Sequence record: MN047793.1
Direction: 5' to 3' (one strand)
Length of the DNA: 64,000 bases
Shown: in pieces, positions 17,489 through 25,241 of the stretch
Layout: each line of letters opens with the position of its first letter
Position numbering within the stretch: the first letter of the stretch is position 1
Notes under the pieces: generated by a model
Seen by the model: the letters and a program-made list of their open reading frames with translations, nothing else
Told to the model about the DNA's origin: nothing
Database searches by the model: none
Translations under genes and position numbers: made by a program

Positions 17489-17553
17489 TTCTAGCAAAGA
17501 ATAAATGAAAAGGGCTGCGGATAGCAGCCCAAATATCACTCTAAAGATTAATT

Positions 17554-18294
17554 TCATAAGTCTGAGATGATTTGGTTAAACTTTTTTCCGTCTCTAGTAC
17601 TTAGTGCTTCAAAAATTGCCTTAGCATTTTCAAGAATTGATACATTCATTTGTGGCATGATACACGATAATGAATATCTTCCACTATTTGGTCGGACAGT
17701 ATCTAAATGGTAAGTATGAAGTTTAGTTTTAATATCAGTAAAGGTGGAATCCTTATCAATGTCCAGTTTATGGATGTCCAGACTTAAAATATTTACATTA
17801 TCCAAAATACAAATTGTTACCGCATCAAATGCTCGTTTTCCATTTAAGGTTTCTACAATGTATTTTGCCCCAGCATAGTGAATAGAAGTAGTGTATAAAC
17901 TTTGTACTATAATTTCTGCACTGTCCTCATCAATGTATTCTGGAGTGTATGAATCACTCCACCTCATATTTGATAATTCAGGAACCCATCCAGTCTCTAT
18001 CGCAAGCTTACCTAATGTAGTAAGAACGTCATTCGCTTCTTTTTTAATAATGTTCTTTTTTTCTACATCAGCTGTATCTACGTAATCGTATACACCCTTA
18101 ATTACTCCCTGTATCATATCATTAAGGTCTACTACCCCATAATCCTGAAGTTCCCTAAGCTTGGCACACAACTTTGGCTTCTTCTTAGAGTTATTATGAA
18201 TATCAAACTCTAGTAATGGAAGTGGGCCTTTCTTCTTACATGACTTACGGAGTTTTTTTGGAATAGCAGGTACTTGTGGAAGCTGAGTGCTCAT
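17554..18294 (-). CDS. Hypothetical protein with basic N-terminus
   Basis: 246-aa ORF. Confidence 0.6.
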   Translation of the reverse strand: MSTQLPQVPAIPKKLRKSCKKKGPLPLLEFDIHNNSKKKPKLCAKLRELQDYGVVDLNDMIQGVIKGVYDYVDTADVEKKNIIKKEANDVLTTLGKLAIETGWVPELSNMRWSDSYTPEYIDEDSAEIIVQSLYTTSIHYAGAKYIVETLNGKRAFDAVTICILDNVNILSLDIHKLDIDKDSTFTDIKTKLHTYHLDTVRPNSGRYSLSCIMPQMNVSILENAKAIFEALSTRDGKKFNQIISDL

Positions 18295-18411
18295 ACAGTA
18301 ATAATTCTCATTGTTTGTATATGACTATAATCATACATCACTGTTGTTAAAAAGTAAAGCATTGTATTGCTAAAGATAGTGTGATACAATACAAACCATA
18401 GGAGCAACATC

Positions 18412-18699
18412 ATGACTAAACAAATCAAATTATTTAAAGAATCCCCGTCTTACGACAGTTTCAACACCTACCAACAACACATTGAAGATAGTCTACTGCC
18501 TTTCGGCTTTGGTGAATCTGCGGATGAAGTCATTTTCGAAATAAAGCGTCGCTTGTTCGCTGCATTATACCAAGAAACATTGAATAGTGGGCCGTCATTT
18601 GACGCAGAAATTCTATTCAGCAGTATCATGAGTGACTTCAATGAGACGTTTGACAATGTACTACCGTCTCTATTGACCTTACAGCGTGCAAAGCAATGA
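18412..18699 (+). CDS. Hypothetical protein
   Basis: RBS GGAG; ATGA coupling to the next gene. Confidence 0.6.
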   Translation: MTKQIKLFKESPSYDSFNTYQQHIEDSLLPFGFGESADEVIFEIKRRLFAALYQETLNSGPSFDAEILFSSIMSDFNETFDNVLPSLLTLQRAKQ

Positions 18700-18938
18700 A
18701 GTTCCTGTATACACTACTTCTTTCTCTTCCACTAACTGGATGTGCACATGAATCTAATTCTTCAGTAGTAGTCTGCACAGACCCTACCAACAATCCAGAA
18801 CTAACTCTACGCTTTCATACGGAAGACAGCGAAGTCTGGCATGGAGATGGGTATAACGTATATTTGATTACTACTGTAGACGGTAAACAAATTGCCATTA
18901 ATTCCTTTGAATTGAACAAGTATACTTGCGGCAGCTAA
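18696..18938 (+). CDS. Putative small lipoprotein
   Basis: Signal-like MKFLYTLLLSLPLTG-C lipobox. Confidence 0.55.
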   Translation: MKFLYTLLLSLPLTGCAHESNSSVVVCTDPTNNPELTLRFHTEDSEVWHGDGYNVYLITTVDGKQIAINSFELNKYTCGS

Positions 18939-18950
18939 ATCTATCGCTGG

Positions 18951-18958
18951 TATAAATA
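18951..18958 (+). promoter_or_regulatory. T4-type late promoter
   Basis: Exact TATAAATA, 28 nt before the ATG. Confidence 0.65.
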
Positions 18959-18986
18959 GATTTACATTCTGATCAAAGGAAATCTA

Positions 18987-19301
18987 ATGAAACTATCCGA
19001 CATCCGCCCCGACGTTATTAATGAATCTGATGATGAAAATAAAGACGTTAGTAAGGCACCACCTCCTGGCAAGCTAGGTGAATTCATCACTGCAAAACAG
19101 GCTGCAAAAATTCTTAAAGTAACTCCAAGCCGTGTCCGTCAATTCATTCAAGATGGTCGTCTTAAGTCATATGGCCCAGAGGTTGGTCGTCGTGACAACA
19201 TGCTGAAACTATCTGCTGTTACCAAGCTAGCTGATAAGGAGCGTCCTATTACAGGCCGTCCAGACGAAGGTAAGGGCACTTCTGAGAAGAAAGAAGACTA
19301 A
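18987..19301 (+). CDS. Excisionase/MerR-like HTH (HTH_17) DNA-binding protein
   Basis: FITAKQAAKILKVTPSRVRQFIQDGRLKS. Confidence 0.8.
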   Translation: MKLSDIRPDVINESDDENKDVSKAPPPGKLGEFITAKQAAKILKVTPSRVRQFIQDGRLKSYGPEVGRRDNMLKLSAVTKLADKERPITGRPDEGKGTSEKKED

Positions 19302-19309
19302 TACCCCAC

Positions 19310-19362
19310 GAAGACCCCAGCACTAAACGGTTTGTATCCGCCGTTTATTGTTGGGGTCTTTC
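19310..19362 (+). terminator. Long imperfect hairpin or terminator
   Basis: AAGACCCCAGCA-c-TAAACGG pairs with CCGTTTA-t-TGTTGGGGTCTT. Confidence 0.55.
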
Positions 19363-19413
19363 AATTTAGAAAATAATGTTGTAAAATATCATTCTCATAA
19401 TAGGAGACATAAA

Positions 19414-19653
19414 ATGAGTAGAGCAGTAGTTTATACCCGATCATCATGCCCGTGGTGTGTTAAAGCCAAGGAGCTTCTAACCGCACAAGGCATTTCATTT
19501 GTTGAGCACGTTATCGGTTCCCCCGAGTTTGCAGACAAAGAATCATTACAAGCCAAGTTAGGTCGCCCAGTTAACACAGTACCACAAATTGTACTTGATG
19601 GTGCATACGTTGGTGGATACACCGACCTTGCCGCTAAACTTGGTGCTGCGTAA
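19414..19653 (+). CDS. grx: Glutaredoxin
   Basis: CPWC active site, TVPQI and YVGGY; start MSRAVV after AGGAG. Confidence 0.9.
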   Translation: MSRAVVYTRSSCPWCVKAKELLTAQGISFVEHVIGSPEFADKESLQAKLGRPVNTVPQIVLDGAYVGGYTDLAAKLGAA

Positions 19654-19877
19654 TGAGCGCCGAGATTTATTCAACCCCAACATGTGGCAACTGTGTTTCA
19701 GCTAAAACTTTGCTAAAATCAAAGAATATTCCATACGTTGAATACACAATTGGTGCAGATGTAGATAAGAGTACGTTGGAAGCACGTATTGGAACTCCAA
19801 TTCGTTCAGTTCCACAGATTTTCATCAATGATGAATACGTTGGTGGACTGCAAGAGCTACGTTTTAAGATTTCCTGA
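19653..19877 (+). CDS. grx: Glutaredoxin (second copy)
   Basis: CGNC, SVPQIF and YVGG. Confidence 0.85.
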   Translation: MSAEIYSTPTCGNCVSAKTLLKSKNIPYVEYTIGADVDKSTLEARIGTPIRSVPQIFINDEYVGGLQELRFKIS

Positions 19878-19882
19878 ACCAT

Positions 19883-19909
19883 AAAGGGATGCCACCAAGC
19901 ATCCCTTTT
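19883..19909 (+). terminator. Intrinsic terminator
   Basis: AAAGGGATGC-loop-GCATCCCTTTT. Confidence 0.75.
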
Positions 19910-19971
19910 ATTTTGTAGTAATGTTGTAAAAGTTGAAGTACAATGTACTCCTACATTTAAGAGAAGCTGTC

Positions 19972-20421
19972 ATGCAATACATTAAAGGTGACATCACCAA
20001 AGAAACCGAAGGCCTAATCATACATGGCTGCAATTGTCAAGGGGTTATGGGTAGTGGCGTAGCACTGGCTATCAAGACCAAGTGGCCTGAAGCATTTGAT
20101 GCCTATCGATCACACAAACAATCTGCTAAGAATTTAGGCAAGGTACAATTTGTCAACATTGATAGCAACCTATACGTAGGGAACTGTTGGACTCAGGAGT
20201 TCTTTGGTAAAGATGGACGTGTGTATGCGGACATTGATGCGGTTAAGAAAGCACTGATTACGTGCTTTGAATTCTGCGAAGACTATGAGTTAGAATTGAA
20301 GTCACCCAAGATTGCAGCCGGACTAGCTGGCCTTGATTGGGATACACAAGTAGCTCCAATTTTTGCTTCATTAGAAGAGTGTTTCTCTGATGTAGTCGTC
20401 AAGATTTACGTGATTGACTAA
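19972..20421 (+). CDS. Macrodomain (ADP-ribose binding/hydrolase) protein
   Basis: IKGDIT, IIHGCNCQGVMGSGVALAIK and PKIAAGLAGLDW. Confidence 0.88.
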   Translation: MQYIKGDITKETEGLIIHGCNCQGVMGSGVALAIKTKWPEAFDAYRSHKQSAKNLGKVQFVNIDSNLYVGNCWTQEFFGKDGRVYADIDAVKKALITCFEFCEDYELELKSPKIAAGLAGLDWDTQVAPIFASLEECFSDVVVKIYVID

Positions 20422-20477
20422 AAAGTTGACATTTAAATATCTTTTGATACTATATACTTGCAAATAGGAATTACTTT

Positions 20478-20660
20478 ATGACATACCCACTATCAGAAAA
20501 CCCCACAAAATATCAAGTTAGAGTCTCCGGTAAACTTATCGGTGAAGTTCCATCACGTCTTGCAGCAGAAATTCTATTAGGTACACTTACTGAATCTGAA
20601 AAGTCTCAAGCTAGCATTGTTCCAGTTAGTGACTCAGGCAATCAGGTGCTTTTAGGATGA
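20478..20660 (+). CDS. Hypothetical protein
   Basis: RBS and promoter upstream; coupled to the next gene. Confidence 0.55.
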   Translation: MTYPLSENPTKYQVRVSGKLIGEVPSRLAAEILLGTLTESEKSQASIVPVSDSGNQVLLG

Positions 20661-20854
20661 GTCATACCCCATTAGAAACAGCTGCATTACTTGAAGAGAT
20701 TAAAGAAGTCGTTGACGAAGTTAATGGAATCTTTAGTGAATACGGATACGATGTTTCCGACTTTGACAGCGATGATGTAGACCTTAATACGGTTAAACGT
20801 GACGACATCAAATCAGTCGGTCACCTGATTAATAAACTAATCAGTATCTTATAA
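20657..20854 (+). CDS. Small acidic hypothetical protein
   Basis: D/E-rich 65-aa ORF. Confidence 0.55.
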   Translation: MSHTPLETAALLEEIKEVVDEVNGIFSEYGYDVSDFDSDDVDLNTVKRDDIKSVGHLINKLISIL

Positions 20855-20856
20855 TG

Positions 20857-20882
20857 AAAAAAGGAGCCAGCGGCTCCTTTTT
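20857..20882. terminator. Bidirectional terminator
   Basis: AAAAAAGGAGCC-agc-GGCTCCTTTTT between convergent genes. Confidence 0.8.
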
Positions 20883-20883
20883 C

Positions 20884-21504
20884 TTATCGGTAATACTTTT
20901 GCATCACTTCAGTATTCACACCTACGTCTAAAATGACAGGGCGCCCATCATAAAATCCCCAATTGGCGTGTCTATCAAAATCCCCAATAAGAGGGTCATA
21001 ATTTAACACAAAGTCTTGCATTGCTTGTGCTAGATCACTTTCAATGTTAATCTTTGGTTGGAATTCCCGAGTATTTCTATTTCTTAGGGTTCTTACCCAG
21101 TCCATAAGATCAGATAATTTACCACCGCAGGCTTGCTTGAAATGTGCATCGGTTACTTTACCGGCTAACTCTGTATGAATCCAAGTAGGCTGATTATTAT
21201 TTTCATCATAATCAATCATAGGAATGAATAGGTTTAGATTCTTTAAATACCAATCTTCCAGATATTGCGCCTCTACTTCATTCTGAGCCGCGCCCTTTAC
21301 ATTCTTAGCTACCTTTAAAACCGTATCTTTGCCGTTGTATGGAATGATGAAAGCAACTCGTGAACTTCCTGTACCAGCCTTCTTAGCTCGCTCCTGAGCG
21401 TATCTGACGCGCTTTGCGAAGGGTAGTCGCTCATTGAATATAGCACTATCCCAATCATCTGGGAGTGGCGCTTCCGTTAGAAATTGAGAGAATGTCATTG
21501 GCAT
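20884..21504 (-). CDS. Protein-kinase-like fold protein
   Basis: Gly loop GTGSSRVAF, VLKVA Lys, QNEVE alphaC Glu, catalytic-loop-like GDFDRHANWG, DFG-like ILDVG. Confidence 0.7.
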   Translation of the reverse strand: MPMTFSQFLTEAPLPDDWDSAIFNERLPFAKRVRYAQERAKKAGTGSSRVAFIIPYNGKDTVLKVAKNVKGAAQNEVEAQYLEDWYLKNLNLFIPMIDYDENNNQPTWIHTELAGKVTDAHFKQACGGKLSDLMDWVRTLRNRNTREFQPKINIESDLAQAMQDFVLNYDPLIGDFDRHANWGFYDGRPVILDVGVNTEVMQKYYR

Positions 21505-21509
21505 AACGA

Positions 21510-21866
21510 TTATCCTTTATACTTGTCCCAACGACCTTCACGGTGAGCATCTTTACTCGGAGATGAAGGATTTAAATTGGCTTCTGCATCAGTAATGTAT
21601 GACAATACATCTTCAACTACTCCATCAAACTTTTTACGTCTATTATCTAGCGCATTATAGAGTTTAGCACTCAACTCATCCATTTGTTCCGGGTTATTGT
21701 GGAACTGTTTAAATGCTTCTGCGAATGGACCATTAAGGAATTCACTCAATTCTTGATTAGCTTTTTGTAAGCTGTGCAGCGCTTGTGCAGCTTGACCAAC
21801 CTGAAAGTCTTCTGATAAATTCTTCTGACGAATTTGGTCAAACAATTGGTTTAAGGGTTTTGACAC
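21510..21866 (-). CDS. Hypothetical helical protein, probably late
   Basis: ATAAATA at 21888-21894; N-terminal LSE motif. Confidence 0.55.
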   Translation of the reverse strand: MSKPLNQLFDQIRQKNLSEDFQVGQAAQALHSLQKANQELSEFLNGPFAEAFKQFHNNPEQMDELSAKLYNALDNRRKKFDGVVEDVLSYITDAEANLNPSSPSKDAHREGRWDKYKG

Positions 21867-21964
21867 GGTAATTTCCTTTGTTTTACTTATTTATGTATGG
21901 TTGAACTTGACGTACCCATAAAAGTCTTGTATAATTTACAAATCAACAGACTTGGAGAACTATC

Positions 21965-22429
21965 GTGGCGAAATTTTTTGAAACTTGGCCCAAATACGTT
22001 AAAGTGCTTGGTCATCATGATACCTCAGTGTATTTGGCAAATGACAAAGACCAATTTATTGAAATTATGATATCAACTGCCCTACAATGGCTTGCTGATG
22101 GCGATTTCGGTGAAGAGGCTTGGTATGACCATGGTACATATTACGATTATTTTAAGAAGAAGATGGGTGGCATGAGTGAAGAATTCTTCACTACCAATAT
22201 CTTACCATTAACTAATGATAATCATAATATTGATGAATTAAAAAAGCAGGGTCGTTCCTTGAAAGACCTGTATAGAAAGGATAAAATAGCACTGTCTGAG
22301 CTAAAGTTTGTTAAACAGCTTAGTATCGGTGAACGTCCAAAGGGTTATATTAACTTTCTGTACCACACTCTTACCGAACATACATTAGATTATTCCCCCC
22401 GGTTTGTTGTAAGCAATTTTGATAATTAA
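21965..22429 (+). CDS. Hypothetical protein
   Basis: GTG start after GGAG; sigma70-like promoter upstream. Confidence 0.55.
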   Translation: MAKFFETWPKYVKVLGHHDTSVYLANDKDQFIEIMISTALQWLADGDFGEEAWYDHGTYYDYFKKKMGGMSEEFFTTNILPLTNDNHNIDELKKQGRSLKDLYRKDKIALSELKFVKQLSIGERPKGYINFLYHTLTEHTLDYSPRFVVSNFDN

Positions 22430-22432
22430 GGA

Positions 22433-23245
22433 TTAGTTATATTTCCAATAAAATCCTTTCCATTCTTTGTTATGTTTAAGATATTTGTGTAATGTAGTTA
22501 CTCCTACACCAAACTGACGACATACATCAGATGCTGAAGCCCACACATGTATCAATCTCCCAGATAGGTCATATTGGGCTATCTGTTTTGAATTTCTTTT
22601 ACTTAAATCAGTTCGTAATATATTATATTTTGTAACATCTTCCGTAATGTCATATTCAGTAGAATATCTCCAGTAATACCCATAAGATATTCTACGTTTA
22701 TGCTTTCTACATGCCTGATTTATATTAGCTTTATTTCCGGGTGAGCCAGTTAACATTTCTGCGGCCGATTGTGAAGACGGAAAGGTATGTTTTACAGTAT
22801 TACTTTGAGGACATATTGCCACAATTTGTTTTGCCGTGGCCTTACCTCCTGGATTATTTCGTTTTAATCGTGCAAGATGTTCGGGTGTATGTCTATATCC
22901 TGCCATTCCTTCACCACCATCAGTGTGGTTGACTAGTATCCCAGTTCCTATGTCACGTCTACCATAGAATGAAATTCTCCGTCGTTCTTCTGTAAAAGCA
23001 TCAACCTCATTTAATGATTCAAATACTATTTTGATTTCTGGGAGTTTATTTGAATCCATGATTTTCGAAATAGTGTTATACTTATGAGTTTGCTTGAACT
23101 TTCCGGATTTATAATATCGAGTATCTTTAATATGTTCAGCTAATCTACGATAGCCTTTAGTGGTTCTAGTACCCTTACCAACATAAAATATTTGATCAGT
23201 TAAAGGGTTCCATAATTCGTATACGTAAAAAATTTTGCTTGACAT
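22433..23245 (-). mobile_element. Free-standing GIY-YIG (LEM-3-like) homing endonuclease gene with NUMOD3/NUMOD1-like repeats
   Basis: FYVYEL...FYVGKG...RLAEH, NHTDGGEG and KQIAQYDLSGRLIHVWASAS; antisense to its neighbours; late promoter at 23275-23281. Confidence 0.8.
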
Positions 23246-23293
23246 AATTATTTCCTATGTTATAGTTCTATCAATATTTATGAGGATGCAGTT

Positions 23294-23803
23294 ATGAGTG
23301 ATTTTGATGACTATCAGATTTATGTTGATAGTGATGGGTGTCTCGCAGATTTTAGTGCATATGTATTGCAACATTTTGGTAAAACTCCGGAAAGTTTATC
23401 TTCTAAAGAGAAGGGTAAGTTCTGGGCATGGCTAACCTATCATGATGCTAATGTGGAAAAGTTCTTCCGCAATTTACCTAAAATGAGTGATGCGGACATC
23501 CTGATGACTTTTCTACAAGAAAAGTTTGACCATGTTAAGATTCTTACGGCATGTGGAAACACGCCAAAAGATGCAAAGGAACAGAAGATTGAATGGTATG
23601 CAGAACATTATCCCAATGTTGAATGCATTGTGGTGCGTAAGAGTCCTGATAAGGCAGAATATGCACATGCCAAGTCAATCTTGATTGATGACCGTGAAAA
23701 GTCAATTAACCCATGGCGTGCTGCTGGTGGTATTGGCATTCTGCACACTAGTGCAGAAGATACGATTGCCCAGCTAATCGCATTGATGGGAGTAGAAGGA
23801 TAA
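23294..23803 (+). CDS. HAD-family 5'(3')-deoxyribonucleotidase
   Basis: IYVDSDGCLADF and ILIDDREKSINPWRAAGGIGILH. Confidence 0.8.
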   Translation: MSDFDDYQIYVDSDGCLADFSAYVLQHFGKTPESLSSKEKGKFWAWLTYHDANVEKFFRNLPKMSDADILMTFLQEKFDHVKILTACGNTPKDAKEQKIEWYAEHYPNVECIVVRKSPDKAEYAHAKSILIDDREKSINPWRAAGGIGILHTSAEDTIAQLIALMGVEG

Positions 23804-24177
23804 TGTCTAATCCAACTCTTGGTGAAAAATCCCTGACTGGACGTGGATTCTCCATCCTTAAATTTAACGACAGTAATGGTATTGCATGTAGTATGCAAAC
23901 CAGTAGTGCTTTAGATTTCTCTCATTGCGATGAGGGTGATTATGAATGTATGTCACGCCCAATGCTATGGCTCGGTCCTGATGGTGCTAATCCTCGCATA
24001 AAAGCATGGGATGCCATGCGTATGGGTCTTCCTACAAATGGAGCTACTACTGGATGGGTAGACTATTCAATTCCTGATGAAGTTCTATTAACAACTCGCA
24101 TGCATTTACGGGTTCCTCAAGTTAAAGCACTTATCGCTGAACTACAAGAATGGCTAGAATCTGAAGGAGAAGGCTAA
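23803..24177 (+). CDS. Conserved-type phage hypothetical protein
   Basis: RGF..F.D.NG..CS.Q.SS, LWLG and RMHL..QVKALI pattern. Confidence 0.6.
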   Translation: MSNPTLGEKSLTGRGFSILKFNDSNGIACSMQTSSALDFSHCDEGDYECMSRPMLWLGPDGANPRIKAWDAMRMGLPTNGATTGWVDYSIPDEVLLTTRMHLRVPQVKALIAELQEWLESEGEG

Positions 24178-25217
24178 TGGGATGTTGGAATAAAACATGT
24201 GGTATTACTAACCTACCAATTTTTCATGGTGATGAAGTTGTAGTATTTCTATTGGTACAGTCTCCATATACTTCAGCCATGAATAGTTATTCAAGTGGGC
24301 TATGGAATCATATTCCACTTCCCATTTATGGAAAGTATAATGATTATGGTTGGATTGACCCTCATCCGGGTCAAGAGTGGAAATTAGACCTATTTAAAAA
24401 GGGTATTACAGTCGTACGTAAGGAACCTGAAAAGACTGATAGTGGATATAATCGCTATCCTAATCTAAAAGATACACCATTTGCCTCTTTTGAAGCATTA
24501 GGTAACTCAATTCATGGTGATGTGTTTGAAGTTACGGTAAATTCCTATACCAAAGGTAAGTGTAACGTTACATTGGCAGAATTTTTCATTCATAAATCAA
24601 CATTTGATGAATTGAAAACCCATCTTGAATATGACGCTGCTCATGCAAATTTAGAAGCATTTGTTCAATGGAATAATTCTAAACAAGATTCTATTGAAAA
24701 TGTAGAAGAGTTACAAAACATTATAGCAGATGGTGTAGAACGTACTGATGAGGAATATGAGGCGCTCCTACGTAGAATTACTGCGGCAATTCGCAGTATG
24801 GGTATCACCAGTGTGGCAGATACGGATTTTCATAAAACACTAAATCCAGTACCTGAATATGAGTGGAGCTACCCTGGATATGATGCTATTAATTTTTGGC
24901 ATGCTAATGGTCAGGGTTCTATGCATGGTTGGGTAACCTCTGGATTTACCCGAACTATACGTAATCCGCCTACGGCTCAAGGGGCTAGTACTTCTATTCC
25001 CCCATCTGAAATGATGGATGGTTATATTGTATTAGAATTGATGCAAAGCTTGCGCAAATCCTTTTCTCCACAATCCGGAGAAGGTTCCCAAGATGGTATT
25101 GATACAATTCACAAAGTATTTGCCGACACATATTTAAAACGTATAAAAGAATATGACGATACGTATGGATATGACGAAGAAGAAGAAGAAGAAGATATCG
25201 AAGAAGATGTTGAATGA
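24177..25217 (+). CDS. Hypothetical protein with acidic tail
   Basis: 346-aa ORF starting MGCWNKTCGIT. Confidence 0.65.
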   Translation: MGCWNKTCGITNLPIFHGDEVVVFLLVQSPYTSAMNSYSSGLWNHIPLPIYGKYNDYGWIDPHPGQEWKLDLFKKGITVVRKEPEKTDSGYNRYPNLKDTPFASFEALGNSIHGDVFEVTVNSYTKGKCNVTLAEFFIHKSTFDELKTHLEYDAAHANLEAFVQWNNSKQDSIENVEELQNIIADGVERTDEEYEALLRRITAAIRSMGITSVADTDFHKTLNPVPEYEWSYPGYDAINFWHANGQGSMHGWVTSGFTRTIRNPPTAQGASTSIPPSEMMDGYIVLELMQSLRKSFSPQSGEGSQDGIDTIHKVFADTYLKRIKEYDDTYGYDEEEEEEDIEEDVE

Positions 25218-25240
25218 AAAAGGGCCTTGCGACCCTTTTT
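25217..25240. terminator. Bidirectional terminator
   Basis: AAAAGGG-loop-CCCTTTTT. Confidence 0.6.
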
Positions 25241-25241
25241 C

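Noticed and set aside
18987-19301. Xis-like HTH as evidence of a prophage or integrative element
   Set aside because: No integrase or att-like sites in the window; the gene content is that of a lytic T4-like phage
20657-20854. Acyl-carrier-protein-like look (DFDSDD...IKSVGHLI)
   Set aside because: Spacing between the DS motif and the terminal helix is far too short for an ACP fold
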